Positions 9,407 through 20,001 of a stretch of DNA of 64,000 nt are shown here, piece after piece. The notes under the pieces are model-generated. The model had not been told where the DNA came from. It was given only the letters and a program-made list of their open reading frames with translations, and ran no database searches. Origin of the DNA: an uncultured Candidatus Saccharibacteria bacterium (GTDB lineage: Bacteria > Patescibacteriota > Dojkabacteria > SC72); the NCBI GenBank assembly GCA_964405015.1, contig CAYOME010000001.1:165584-229583 (forward strand), in the 5' to 3' direction. The position numbers and the translations under genes were made by a program. Positions within the stretch are counted from its first letter, which is position 1. Each line of letters begins with the position of its first letter.

Positions 9407-11246
9407 GCTTACAAATCTACACTCAAAAAACAAAACAAAGGGGAAAAAAGATTCACTTTTTTCCAATATTCAAAAAAACAATTACAACCTAGTAATATTC
9501 CTGATCACTTTCCTTGGATTAGTAATAATAGTTCAAGCATTTAGATGGCAAGTTCTTGAATCTGAAAGATTCCAATTAATGGCCAAACAACAATATCAAG
9601 ATAGTAATAAACACACAGCAGAAAGAGGAATCATAAGAGCAAGTGATGGAACAGTACTCGCTGTAGATCAACCCATATGGAATATATATGCGACACTAAG
9701 CCAAGACAGTAAGGAAAGAGAGCTCTTCTTTAATAATAAAGACAAATTCATAGCTACGGTATCTTCAATACTAGCTGTAGAAAACAATACAATATCCGAT
9801 AAGATTACGGATGATTTTGTATATGCGGTATTAGCTAAAGGAGTAGATAATGAAAAAAAAGTTGCACTAGAGAGAGAGAATATCTTCGGAGATGAAAAAA
9901 CAAATAGAAGTGGATTCGGTTTGTATTTTGAAAAAGATGTAAAAAGAATATATCCTAATGCTCAACTAGCATCACATATAGTAGGGTTCATGGGCAAAGA
10001 TGCTCAAGGAAAAGATTTAGGACAATACGGTATAGAAGGTTTCTACTTCGGAGATATTACAGGAAGAGAAGGATATACATATGAAGAAAAGGATTCAAGT
10101 GGTAATACAATTTTAACCGCAGAGTATGAACCAGTATTACCAAGATCAGGGAAGGATATTAAGCTAACAATACAGCCAAGTATCCAAAACAAAGTAGAGA
10201 AATATCTTAAAGATGGAGTGGAGCGAACAGGTGCAAAAAGTGGAACCGTGATAATCATGGAACCTAAAACTGGAAAGATCCTAGCTATGGCTAACTTTCC
10301 AACCTTCAATCCAAATGAATATTGGAGAACATCAGATCCATGGATATTTAAAAATCTTGCAGTATCAGATGTCTATGAATACGGATCAGTTCAAAAGCCA
10401 ATTACTGTTGCACTAGCACTTGAGTCTAAAGCCGTAGATGAAGAATATACTTGTAATGACGCAACAGGATATTTAGATCTATTCACTGCAACAGGATATG
10501 AAGATCTAAAAGGGAGAAAGATTAGTACATGGGACTTAAGACCGGATGGTGTTCAAAATCTAGCAGAGATGCTTAAGAACTCGAACAATCCATGCATAGC
10601 CCAAACAGCCTTGAAAATAAATTCTGCATATTACTACTCAAAACTAAAAGAATTTGGAATAGGGGAATTCATTGGAATAGGATTACAAGAAGAGGCAACA
10701 AGCTACTTAAAACCATTCTCACTCTGGACAAGATTAGATATCATAACAGCATCATACGGACAAGGTATATCAGCAACTCCACTTCAAATTACATCAGCAA
10801 TAAGTACATTAGCAAATCATGGAACAAGAATGAGACCATACATTATCTCCGAAATCTCAGATGAGAAAGAGGTCATAGAATTTGAGCCCCAAGTTCTTTC
10901 AGAACCAATATCAAAAGATATTGCTGATAAAGTAGCAGAGATGATGTCACATGTGATAGAAGATGGAGGTATCAATGAAAGAGAAATAGAATTACTAAAA
11001 GAATATTACATAGCTGGTAAAACAGGTACAGCACAAGTAGCAAAAAAAGATGGACCCGGATATGAAGAGAAGAAAACAATTACTACCTTTGTAGGTTTTG
11101 CTCCAGCAGATGATGCCAAAATGCTTATGCTTGTAAGATTAGAAGAACCTAAAACAAGCCAATATGCTTCCCCAACCGTTGTACCTCTTTGGACAGATAT
11201 TTTCCTAGGTATAGTGAATGATCTGGAAATCCCAAAGAGAAATTGA
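9399..11246 (+). CDS. ftsI: class B penicillin-binding protein (FtsI)
   Basis: N-terminal TM, RG.I...DG, R.YP, GIE, and transpeptidase motifs SVQK, SNN, KTG. Confidence 0.9.
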   Translation: MSKLTNLHSKNKTKGKKDSLFSNIQKNNYNLVIFLITFLGLVIIVQAFRWQVLESERFQLMAKQQYQDSNKHTAERGIIRASDGTVLAVDQPIWNIYATLSQDSKERELFFNNKDKFIATVSSILAVENNTISDKITDDFVYAVLAKGVDNEKKVALERENIFGDEKTNRSGFGLYFEKDVKRIYPNAQLASHIVGFMGKDAQGKDLGQYGIEGFYFGDITGREGYTYEEKDSSGNTILTAEYEPVLPRSGKDIKLTIQPSIQNKVEKYLKDGVERTGAKSGTVIIMEPKTGKILAMANFPTFNPNEYWRTSDPWIFKNLAVSDVYEYGSVQKPITVALALESKAVDEEYTCNDATGYLDLFTATGYEDLKGRKISTWDLRPDGVQNLAEMLKNSNNPCIAQTALKINSAYYYSKLKEFGIGEFIGIGLQEEATSYLKPFSLWTRLDIITASYGQGISATPLQITSAISTLANHGTRMRPYIISEISDEKEVIEFEPQVLSEPISKDIADKVAEMMSHVIEDGGINEREIELLKEYYIAGKTGTAQVAKKDGPGYEEKKTITTFVGFAPADDAKMLMLVRLEEPKTSQYASPTVVPLWTDIFLGIVNDLEIPKRN

Positions 11247-11279
11247 GATAATAACTAAATAATTTATACAAAATTACAC

Positions 11280-12308
11280 ATGTTAGAGATACTTAAAGAA
11301 AGTTTAAACTACCTTTTAATATCCACTGTAGCTTCAATAGTATTTGCTCCAATAATGATCGGAATCTTGTATAAATTTAATCAAGTAAGTGGTCTTAAGA
11401 AAACAAAATTAGGTTCTACAGAAGGTACAAATTCAACATTCATGAAGATAATGGATAGTACTAAAACAAACGGTACTCCAAACATGGGAGGCATATTAAT
11501 TTGGATAGTAGTACCACTTGTTACATATATATTTGTACCTCTTACTCCAGTATTAAAAGTTTTACTACTTGGATTCCTACTTTTTGGTTTTTGGGGATTT
11601 GTAGATGTTGCGATATTTACAAATGGATTTAAGAACAATCCTAAGATGAAAGCATTGCAAGAAACTTTTGAATGGAGAATGGGAAAGTTAACAATCGCTA
11701 TACTTCTCAATCTCGGAGTTATGTTTCTTCTTAACAAGACAGGACTCTTTACTGAGATATCTCTTTTAAATATGTTAACAATCTCCGTATCTCCAGCAAT
11801 ATTGATATTAGCCTCAATAGTAGGGCAGTTTGCAATATATTCTGGAGAATTAACGGATGGATTGGATGGACTTATGGTTGGTATCTTCACAATTATTACA
11901 GCCTCAATGGCAGTATTACTCTTAGTTCAAGGTCAATATGAATTCTTACCATTTTTAGCAATACTACTCGGAGTACAAGTAGTCGATCTTTACTTCAATA
12001 TTCCACCAGCAAGATTCTGGAATGGTGGACCAGGAGCAATGCCCATCGCTTTTTCAATATTCTTCATAGGGTTAGTCACCAACAATCTACCTGCATATTT
12101 CTTAATGACCGCTATGACATGGATCATCATGGGATCAAGTGCAATACAAATACTTAGTTTGAAATTCTTCAAGAGAAGAGTCTTTAAGATAGCGCCACTA
12201 CACCATCACTTCCAAGCAGTAGGATGGCCACAGTACAAAGTAACAATGAGGTTCTGGCTCTTTACACTCTTCCTTTGTATCTTAGGAATATATGTTGGAT
12301 TAATCTAA
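11280..12308 (+). CDS. mraY: MraY phospho-MurNAc-pentapeptide transferase (divergent)
   Basis: TPNMGG, TDGLDGL, FN.PPA, APLHHHF...GW; polytopic membrane protein in dcw context. Confidence 0.82.
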   Translation: MLEILKESLNYLLISTVASIVFAPIMIGILYKFNQVSGLKKTKLGSTEGTNSTFMKIMDSTKTNGTPNMGGILIWIVVPLVTYIFVPLTPVLKVLLLGFLLFGFWGFVDVAIFTNGFKNNPKMKALQETFEWRMGKLTIAILLNLGVMFLLNKTGLFTEISLLNMLTISVSPAILILASIVGQFAIYSGELTDGLDGLMVGIFTIITASMAVLLLVQGQYEFLPFLAILLGVQVVDLYFNIPPARFWNGGPGAMPIAFSIFFIGLVTNNLPAYFLMTAMTWIIMGSSAIQILSLKFFKRRVFKIAPLHHHFQAVGWPQYKVTMRFWLFTLFLCILGIYVGLI

Positions 12309-13007
12309 ACACTTAGATTCTTTCTCGCAAACATTCTTTCCTAGCTTACAAGAACAAAGTGAACAACCATCACTAGAGTTGTAAACATCTCCGTCATTAC
12401 GCAAGAAACCTTCAAATGAACAATTTCCTGAAGGAATTAATGTCCCTAATTCATCTTGGTAATATATTTCGAAATCGTCTACATATTTAACAGGCATATT
12501 AGAAATTTCAAAGGAAGATTCACTTACGCATGGATTAACAAAAGATGTATCTACTAAGTTATTACCAATTGTAAATGTAATTCTCTTACCTTCGAGCTTG
12601 TAAAAACCTACTTGTGGAGCTACAAAGTTATCTTCATTACAAACACTCTTTTTCTCAAGTACAACCTTAAGAATATCACCTACCTGAGATATGTTTTCAA
12701 AACGAACTTCCTGTACAAAAGAACTCCCTTTCTCCAATCTATTAAGATATTCATAGTTAAAGGTTAGATTGTTTGTATTGAAATCCTCAACTTTAACAGT
12801 ATTAGGACCATTACCTTCATCATCACAAACAACTCTCCCTTTACTATCACAAACACAATTACTACCATCACTTACTACAACATCACCAAATGCACATTTA
12901 GTAAGCCCTAAAGAATCTTGCATGGATACGAAAAAAAGACTCGAAGCAGAGACAAACAAAACTACAGTAATAACTACCAACCAGTTAACATACCAATTAT
13001 TTTTCAT
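12300..13007 (-). CDS. exported hypothetical protein with two Cys-rich modules
   Basis: N-terminal TM/signal; C..CVC....VVC and C...DGCSLCSC..GKNVC...C. Confidence 0.7.
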   Translation of the reverse strand: MKNNWYVNWLVVITVVLFVSASSLFFVSMQDSLGLTKCAFGDVVVSDGSNCVCDSKGRVVCDDEGNGPNTVKVEDFNTNNLTFNYEYLNRLEKGSSFVQEVRFENISQVGDILKVVLEKKSVCNEDNFVAPQVGFYKLEGKRITFTIGNNLVDTSFVNPCVSESSFEISNMPVKYVDDFEIYYQDELGTLIPSGNCSFEGFLRNDGDVYNSSDGCSLCSCKLGKNVCEKESKCLD

Positions 13008-13089
13008 CGCAAAAGATATTGTATCACATTACTAACAAAAATATATTTCCCTCTACATTATACATCATCTTCTATGCTAAAATACCCTC

Positions 13090-13983
13090 ATGCATGATTC
13101 ACATATACATTTAGCCCTAAGTCCACTTAAAGAAAATTACTTAGGTGATATAGAGGAATTTGTTAAAGAAGGTGGTAAAAAGATATTAGTACAAACTACT
13201 GATGCTTCTGATTACCTAGAAACAATAGATATTGTTGAAAAGATTAACAACATATATCCTAATGTCGCATATCTTGCATTAGGAATACATCCTACAATAT
13301 TTGGAGAGATATCAGAGAAAACGGACATAAAAGGTGTAGACCTTTTTAAGTACGCGAAAAAACAAATTCAATATTTTGAAGATATATTTAATAAATATAA
13401 AGACATTACAAATGCAATAGGGGAAACAGGTTTAGACTACTTTGAGATGAACACATATTTAAATATCTCAGATAAAGTCAGAGAAGAATTAAAAGAAATA
13501 CAAAAGAATTCTTTTAGATATCAAATACGATTAGCATTAGAAAACAACCTACCAATGAGTATTCATTCAAGAGATGTACAAGGTCAAATTGACTGTACAA
13601 AAGATGTTTTAGAAATACTTGCACAAGAAGGCAAAGGACAAGTAAGAGCCTCCTTCCACAGCTATACTGGTGATATACATTTGGTAGAAGATATTCTTAA
13701 CATGGGAATGTATATTGGATTCAATGCAATAATTACATATCCAAGTGGAGAGAGTGTAAGAGATATATTAAAGTTAGTACCACCAGAAAGAATACTCTTT
13801 GAAACCGATGGTCCATACCTTCCTACTCAAAGTGTAAGAAAAAACAAAAAAGCACAGAAAAAATATGGAAGACCAGTAATGATAAAAGAGATAATCGAAG
13901 TAGCAGCAGAAATAAAAGGTTTAAGTATTCAAAAGATGGAAGAAATATCTGATCAGAACTTTACTAATCTTTTTTCAAAGTAG
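13090..13983 (+). CDS. tatD: TatD family nuclease
   Basis: DSHIH, GIHP, GETGLD, IHSR, FHSY, ETDGPY. Confidence 0.9.
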   Translation: MHDSHIHLALSPLKENYLGDIEEFVKEGGKKILVQTTDASDYLETIDIVEKINNIYPNVAYLALGIHPTIFGEISEKTDIKGVDLFKYAKKQIQYFEDIFNKYKDITNAIGETGLDYFEMNTYLNISDKVREELKEIQKNSFRYQIRLALENNLPMSIHSRDVQGQIDCTKDVLEILAQEGKGQVRASFHSYTGDIHLVEDILNMGMYIGFNAIITYPSGESVRDILKLVPPERILFETDGPYLPTQSVRKNKKAQKKYGRPVMIKEIIEVAAEIKGLSIQKMEEISDQNFTNLFSK

Positions 13984-14662
13984 GGGATATTAATACTACA
14001 AACTCTCCATGAGGATTGTTTTCGAAATCTCTTCCTAAAAATATTTTTCTTAATTCATCAGGATTACCAATTAGAACCTCTTCTCTCATCTTTGTTAAAT
14101 CCTTTGCAACTACAATATCAACATTTAATTCAACACTTAATATCTCTTCTAACAAACGTAAGATTCTTTGAGGAGATTCATATATTACGAATGTAGATCC
14201 TAATTCAATATATTTTTTTAATATCTCTTTTCTCTTTTTTGCAGATTTAGGCAAAAAGCCTAAGAATGTAAATTTGTCAGTAGGTAACCCACTAATTGAT
14301 AACGCCGCTATCAACGCTGAAGGCCCAGGGATACTCTCAACAATATATCCTTTCTCTCTTAAGTCACGAACTAATTTAAAACCAGGATCACTAATCAAAG
14401 GTGTACCACAATCAGAAATTAAAGCTAAGTTTAAGCCCATATCTAATTTCTCTAACACCTTCTCAATCATTCTTTCATGATTCTGATCTCTGTATGATAT
14501 TAATTGGGTGGGAATAGAGTACTTGTTTAAAAGTTTAATACTCTCCCTTGTGTCTTCTGCAAGTATGAAAGGTACACTTTTTAATATCTCTAACGCTCTA
14601 ACAGTAATATCTCCTAAATTACCAATAGGGGTTGCAACAATATATAGTCTACCTTTGTTCAT
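13964..14662 (-). CDS. rsmI: 16S rRNA Cm1402 methyltransferase RsmI
   Basis: LYIVATPIGNLGDIT.RA, AEDTR, SD.GTP.ISDPG, YESP.R. Confidence 0.95.
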   Translation of the reverse strand: MNKGRLYIVATPIGNLGDITVRALEILKSVPFILAEDTRESIKLLNKYSIPTQLISYRDQNHERMIEKVLEKLDMGLNLALISDCGTPLISDPGFKLVRDLREKGYIVESIPGPSALIAALSISGLPTDKFTFLGFLPKSAKKRKEILKKYIELGSTFVIYESPQRILRLLEEILSVELNVDIVVAKDLTKMREEVLIGNPDELRKIFLGRDFENNPHGEFVVLISPTLKKD

Positions 14663-15360
14663 GATATTAACTCTTTAACTTTAAATATATCTACAAAGCA
14701 TTCTTCTAAAGAACTCTCCGATATATCCTCAGAAGAAATACTACCCTTTAGAGTAAAGACTCCAATAGATTCTCTTCTTAATTCTTTAGCAGTAGCACAT
14801 ACCCCTAAATTCTTACCCAAATCGTGAATTAATGTACGAATATATGTACCAGAAGAGCAATCAATTTCACATTTAATATTTGGATACTCATATTCCAACA
14901 CTTTAAATTCTGTTACTGAGATTAACTTAGGCTGTATATTTACCTCTTTGCCTTCTCTTGCTAAATCATATGCCCTTTGCCCATTGATTCTCTTTGCAGA
15001 AAAGATAGGGGGTTGTTGGGATATTTCACCTAACAAGCTCTTACTAATCTCCTTCTGTATTTCTTCTAGAGTAGGTATATGGCCATCACCAGTTTCAATT
15101 TTCTTTCCAGTAATATCTTGTGTATCCGTAGAAAAACCAAATATACCGTCCACCACATATCTCTTTTTAAAGGTTTGAAATGTATCCATTAACTTAGTAC
15201 CACGACCAAGTAATATGACAAGAAGACCACTTGCAAAAGGATCCAATGTCCCTGCGTGTCCAATCTTTTGTCCTTTCTCAAGAACTCTTTTTAGTCTTCG
15301 AATAACATCGTAGGATGTAATTCCAACCTCCTTGTCTATTAACAAAATACCGTCTATCAT
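14659..15360 (-). CDS. truB: tRNA pseudouridine(55) synthase
   Basis: [29 protein letters not shown]. Confidence 0.95.
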   Translation of the reverse strand: MIDGILLIDKEVGITSYDVIRRLKRVLEKGQKIGHAGTLDPFASGLLVILLGRGTKLMDTFQTFKKRYVVDGIFGFSTDTQDITGKKIETGDGHIPTLEEIQKEISKSLLGEISQQPPIFSAKRINGQRAYDLAREGKEVNIQPKLISVTEFKVLEYEYPNIKCEIDCSSGTYIRTLIHDLGKNLGVCATAKELRRESIGVFTLKGSISSEDISESSLEECFVDIFKVKELIS

Positions 15361-15404
15361 ATATGTATAAAATAACTTTTTTTAAACCCCTTGTATTATC
15401 TCAT

Positions 15405-15932
15405 ATGCCAAACGGATTAGCACTTGCCATAACAATATTAGTAATAATGCTGTTTGCAGCATATGGAGTATCACTACTTCTTAATCTTCTCACCCCCTTC
15501 TATACAACTCCTAAAAAGATTGCAAAGGAAATAATAAAAAAGTTTGAATTAGGTAAAGAGGATACATTTGCAGATCTTGGATCTGGTGATGGAAGAATGG
15601 TTTTTGATACATACAGAGAATACAAATGTAGGAGTGTGGGATATGAAGTAAGTCCAGTATTACTAATGTATGTAAAAGTGAAAAAGCTTTTACTTTTCCC
15701 ATTTAACAAAAGAGTAGAAATAAAAGAGGAAAGCTTCTTTAGAGCAGACCTAAGTACATACAATGTAATCTTTTGTTCTTTACCACAAGATATTTTAGAA
15801 ATACTTGAGAAAAAATTTGAAAAAGAGTTAAAGAAAGGCACAAAGGTATTCATTTGCAAAGGTAAATTACCAAACAAGAAAGGAAAAGAGATCAATATCC
15901 AAGACACACAGGTATACCAGTATACCTTCTAG
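15405..15932 (+). CDS. membrane-anchored class I SAM-dependent methyltransferase
   Basis: N-terminal TM, PFYTT, DLGSGDGR, GYE. Confidence 0.8.
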   Translation: MPNGLALAITILVIMLFAAYGVSLLLNLLTPFYTTPKKIAKEIIKKFELGKEDTFADLGSGDGRMVFDTYREYKCRSVGYEVSPVLLMYVKVKKLLLFPFNKRVEIKEESFFRADLSTYNVIFCSLPQDILEILEKKFEKELKKGTKVFICKGKLPNKKGKEINIQDTQVYQYTF

Positions 15933-15979
15933 TAATTAAGTATTCCCATTTCTTTCTAAAAGTGTACAATAGGGTATAC

Positions 15980-17194
15980 ATGTCAGTATACGAACCATTA
16001 GCATCAAAATACAGACCGTCTACCTTGGATCAATTTGTTGGTCAGGATCATCTAGTGGGAGATAAGGGTCCAATTAGACAATTCTTAGAATCAGGAAGAA
16101 TACCTTCCATGATTTTTTGGGGTCCTCCAGGTACTGGTAAAACAACATTAGCATATATCATTTCACAAAACCTGTACTACGATTTTTACAAAATGCAAGC
16201 AGTTTCTAGTGGTAAAGATGCACTTAGAAAAGTAATCAAGATTGCAATGGCTAACCAACAATACAACAAGAAGACAATACTTTTCTTAGATGAAATACAT
16301 CGATGGAACAAAGCACAACAAGATGCATTACTACCATATGTAGAGAAGGGGATAATCATATTAATAGGTGCTACAACAGAAAATCCTTCATTTAGTATAA
16401 ATAGCGCATTACTTTCAAGAACTAAGGTTTTTGTATTTAATCAACAAACAGAAGAAGATATACAAACCCTAATCTCAGATATTCAAAAAAAAGAATATCC
16501 TGATATAAAACTAAGTAAGAAAGCATTACCCATACTAGCAAAACTTTCAAATGGAGATATAAGATCTTCCTTGAATATCTTGGAGATGGCAGTAACACTT
16601 GCTCAAGCGAATAAAAGTAAAGATGGTAAGGTAGAGATATCTGATGAAACCTTACAAAAGGTAATACAAAGACCTTTGTACTACGACAAGAGTGGAGAAG
16701 AGCATTACAACATAATATCAGCAATACATAAATCAATGAGATCAAGTGATCCTGATGCTGCAAGCTACTGGGTAGGGAGAATGCTCTTTGCTGGTGAAGA
16801 TCCCCTATATGTAGCAAGAAGATTACTTAGGTTTGCAAGTGAAGATATAGGGAATGCAGATCCACAAGCATTGATACTCGCAAATAGTGTGTATGAATCA
16901 TGTCAAAAGGTAGGTATGCCTGAGTGTGAAATATTTCTAATCCAATTAGCAATATATCTAGCAAAAGCGCCTAAAGACAATAGTGCATATACAACTGAAA
17001 TTCAAGTAAAAAAAGATATTGAACAATATGGTAACTTACCAGTACCACTCCATCTTAGAAATGCAGAAACAAAACTCATGAAAGATGTCGGATATGGAAA
17101 AGGATATCAATATGACCATGATCTTGAAAGTAAAAAATCAGATCAACAATGTATGCCTGATCAATTAAAAAAGAGGAAATATCTTAAATCATAA
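15980..17194 (+). CDS. rarA: replication-associated recombination protein RarA/MgsA
   Basis: PLA..RP, GPPGTGKTT, DEIHRWNKAQQD, GATTENP, SEDIG.ADP, VP.HLRNA. Confidence 0.95.
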   Translation: MSVYEPLASKYRPSTLDQFVGQDHLVGDKGPIRQFLESGRIPSMIFWGPPGTGKTTLAYIISQNLYYDFYKMQAVSSGKDALRKVIKIAMANQQYNKKTILFLDEIHRWNKAQQDALLPYVEKGIIILIGATTENPSFSINSALLSRTKVFVFNQQTEEDIQTLISDIQKKEYPDIKLSKKALPILAKLSNGDIRSSLNILEMAVTLAQANKSKDGKVEISDETLQKVIQRPLYYDKSGEEHYNIISAIHKSMRSSDPDAASYWVGRMLFAGEDPLYVARRLLRFASEDIGNADPQALILANSVYESCQKVGMPECEIFLIQLAIYLAKAPKDNSAYTTEIQVKKDIEQYGNLPVPLHLRNAETKLMKDVGYGKGYQYDHDLESKKSDQQCMPDQLKKRKYLKS

Positions 17195-17205
17195 AGGGTA
17201 TACCT

Positions 17206-17234
17206 TTGTAAAATATTAAGTAGGAAGATATAAT
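17206..17234 (+). promoter_or_regulatory. tyrS promoter (probably leaderless)
   Basis: TTGTAA-17 nt-TATAAT, with the ATG 6 nt downstream. Confidence 0.65.
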
Positions 17235-17240
17235 AACAGG

Positions 17241-18464
17241 ATGGAAGTAATTAAGGATGAGAAAATAATAAATAGAATACTAGAAAAGGGCGTAGAACAG
17301 ATACTACCTTCGAAGGATAGTCTCAGAGAGCTCTTACTCTCTGGAAAAAGGATAAATATATATCAAGGTTTTGATCCTACAGCTCCAACTCTACATATTG
17401 GTCATACTGTAGGTATGAGAAAATTAGAAGATTTTAGGAAATTAGGTCATCAAGTAGTATTTCTCATTGGTGATTTTACCGCTAGAATTGGAGACCCTAC
17501 AGATAAAACATCTGCAAGAGTAAAACTTACAAAAGAACAGGTGGAGGAAAATATGCGTACATATGTACAACAAGCATCTTCCATTTTAGATATATTCAAC
17601 AAAGAAAACCCTGTTAAAGTACTTTACAATAGCCAATGGTTAGAACCACTCAACTTTAATGATGTAGTTGAATTAGCTTCTGAATTTACAGTACAGCAAA
17701 TGCTTAAAAGAAGTATGTTCCAAAAGAGATTGGAAGAAGACAAACCAATATATCTTAACGAGTTCCTTTACCCAATAATGCAAGGATATGACTCGGTCAT
17801 GATGGATACTGATGTAGAAGTTGGTGGTAATGATCAACTCTTCAATATGCTTGCAGGTAGGGATTTAATAAGAAGCAGATTAAACAAAGAGAAAATTGTA
17901 ATTGCCGGTAAGCTTCTTTCAACATCAGATGGAAAGAAAATGGGTAAATCAGAAGGCAATATGATTAAGCTTTCAGATGAAGCCAACGACATATTTGGTA
18001 AGGTAATGGCATTTACTGACGATCAGATATTAATAGGGTTTGAAATACTCACCTGCTATGAACTTACACAAGTAGAAGAAATTAAAAAGAGATTAGAGGG
18101 TGGAGAGAATCCAATCAATGTAAAGAAGGAATTAGCATATCAAATAACTAAGGAAATTAAAGGAGAGCAACAAGCACAACAAGCTTCAAACTTTTTTGAA
18201 AGTGTATTTCAAAAAATAGGTACAGAAAGTGAAATACCTACAAGAGAGATTAACTCTAATGAGATATCTCTTACTGAGCTTTTAGTAAATCTAGAGATAA
18301 CAGATAGTAAGTCGAAAGCTAGAAGACTAATAGAACAGGGTGCCGTAAAAATAAATGAAGAAAAAGTTTCAGATTGGAACATGGCAATATCCATTACTCA
18401 AAATACAAAACTAATTCTTAGATGTGGAAGACACGTATATGAATTAGTAAATAAGGGTAAATAA
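17241..18464 (+). CDS. tyrS: tyrosine--tRNA ligase
   Basis: GFDPTAPTLHIGH, GGNDQ, KMGKS, C-terminal S4 domain. Confidence 0.96.
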   Translation: MEVIKDEKIINRILEKGVEQILPSKDSLRELLLSGKRINIYQGFDPTAPTLHIGHTVGMRKLEDFRKLGHQVVFLIGDFTARIGDPTDKTSARVKLTKEQVEENMRTYVQQASSILDIFNKENPVKVLYNSQWLEPLNFNDVVELASEFTVQQMLKRSMFQKRLEEDKPIYLNEFLYPIMQGYDSVMMDTDVEVGGNDQLFNMLAGRDLIRSRLNKEKIVIAGKLLSTSDGKKMGKSEGNMIKLSDEANDIFGKVMAFTDDQILIGFEILTCYELTQVEEIKKRLEGGENPINVKKELAYQITKEIKGEQQAQQASNFFESVFQKIGTESEIPTREINSNEISLTELLVNLEITDSKSKARRLIEQGAVKINEEKVSDWNMAISITQNTKLILRCGRHVYELVNKGK

Positions 18465-18489
18465 TTGGGGATTACATATTAAAAAATAC

Positions 18490-18515
18490 ATCCCCAAGAA
18501 GGGGATTTTTCTTTT
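18490..18515 (+). terminator. intrinsic terminator after tyrS
   Basis: ATCCCC-AAGAA-GGGGAT followed by TTTTCTTTT. Confidence 0.65.
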
Positions 18516-18520
18516 AAAAA

Positions 18521-19981
18521 ATGACTACAAAAGAATTAGAAAAACAACTTAAGAAGTACTCTCCGAAAAGCTTTCAAGATGAAATATCTAAAGGTATGGA
18601 GCTATCCAGTAAATATCATACAGATCAAAAAAGGCTCTCAGGAGAACCGTTTTACAATCACTCTTTAAGGGTAGGACTTACACTCGCTAATATGGGATTT
18701 GAAACAAATACAATCTTAGGAGGATTACTCCATAATGTTCTATCCAAAAATCCTGATAAAGTAGATGAAATAGAAAAAGAAATAATTAATATACTTGGAC
18801 AAGATGTCCTTTTTTTAGTTCATAGTTGTGATGACATAAGTAAGGCTACAGGTAGTCACGATACAGAATACGAGGTTATTAATAAATACATATTAAATAG
18901 TGCTACAGATTTAAGACCCGTACTCATTAAACTCGCAGATACACTAGACAATGTAAGGACAATAGAATATATGCCCTCAGAAAGAGTAGGCTCTAAGATA
19001 CAAAAGGTCTTTAATATATATGGACCCTTAGCAGAATATCTTAACCTTAACTTACTTAAAAAAGAACTAGAAGAGAAAGCACTAGAAATATATAGACCAG
19101 AGGAATACATAAATATTAAAAATATGCTTGAACAAAATGGTTTTACATCTGAAATGAGAGAAAAATATATTTCATACTTCGAAGGCCTGCTTAAAAATAT
19201 CCCTGGTACACAAATCGTACATGGGAGAGTAAAAAGTATATATAGCATATACAACAAACAAAAGAAGATACTAAAAGAAGGATACAATATAAATATATCA
19301 AACATCCCAGACCTTCTGGCCTTCAGAGTTATTACAAACTCCGAGGATGAATGTTTTAAAATGCTAGAGATAATAATGGATATTGGTGAGATACTAACAC
19401 CTCAATTTGATGACTACATATCCCATCCTAAACCAAATGGATACAAAGCATTACAAGGCCCAGTCATTCTTCCATCTGTCTCTTCCAATATAGTTGAAAT
19501 ACAAATACTTACTCAAGATATGCACTACCACAATACATATGGACCAGCATCACATATTGCATATAAGGAGAGTAAAAGTAGATTTGCCAAGGCAACTGAT
19601 AAATATAACTGGGTTGAAACCATACACAAAGAAATGGATAGAAATATATCAAAAAGAGAAGAGAGAAGATCTCTTCCAATAACTGTAGATATATTTGGAG
19701 AAAAAGTATATGCATTTACTCCAAAAGGAAAAATCATTCAACTTGATAAAGGAGATACTGTTGTAGATTTTGCCTACTTAGTACATACCGATATTGGTAA
19801 TAGTATGGTATCTGCTAAAGTAAATGGTAAAGCTGTAAGACTCAGCTATAATGTCCAAACAGGAGATACAATAGAGATTAAGACTCAAACTGGTAAAAAA
19901 AATGTCAACCCCGATTGGATGAAATATGCAAACTCTCCAAGTACCCAAGCTAAAATACAAAAGACTTGGAAAAAAGTATAG
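18521..19981 (+). CDS. RelA/SpoT homolog (HD, synthetase and TGS domains; no ACT)
   Basis: Q.R.SGEPF..H, IKLAD.L.N.RT, GRVKS.YSIY.K, KPNGY, EIQI, FTPKG...VDFAY.VHT.IG. Confidence 0.88.
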   Translation: MTTKELEKQLKKYSPKSFQDEISKGMELSSKYHTDQKRLSGEPFYNHSLRVGLTLANMGFETNTILGGLLHNVLSKNPDKVDEIEKEIINILGQDVLFLVHSCDDISKATGSHDTEYEVINKYILNSATDLRPVLIKLADTLDNVRTIEYMPSERVGSKIQKVFNIYGPLAEYLNLNLLKKELEEKALEIYRPEEYINIKNMLEQNGFTSEMREKYISYFEGLLKNIPGTQIVHGRVKSIYSIYNKQKKILKEGYNINISNIPDLLAFRVITNSEDECFKMLEIIMDIGEILTPQFDDYISHPKPNGYKALQGPVILPSVSSNIVEIQILTQDMHYHNTYGPASHIAYKESKSRFAKATDKYNWVETIHKEMDRNISKREERRSLPITVDIFGEKVYAFTPKGKIIQLDKGDTVVDFAYLVHTDIGNSMVSAKVNGKAVRLSYNVQTGDTIEIKTQTGKKNVNPDWMKYANSPSTQAKIQKTWKKV

Positions 19982-20001
19982 ATATTAGTAGAATCATAAA
20001 T

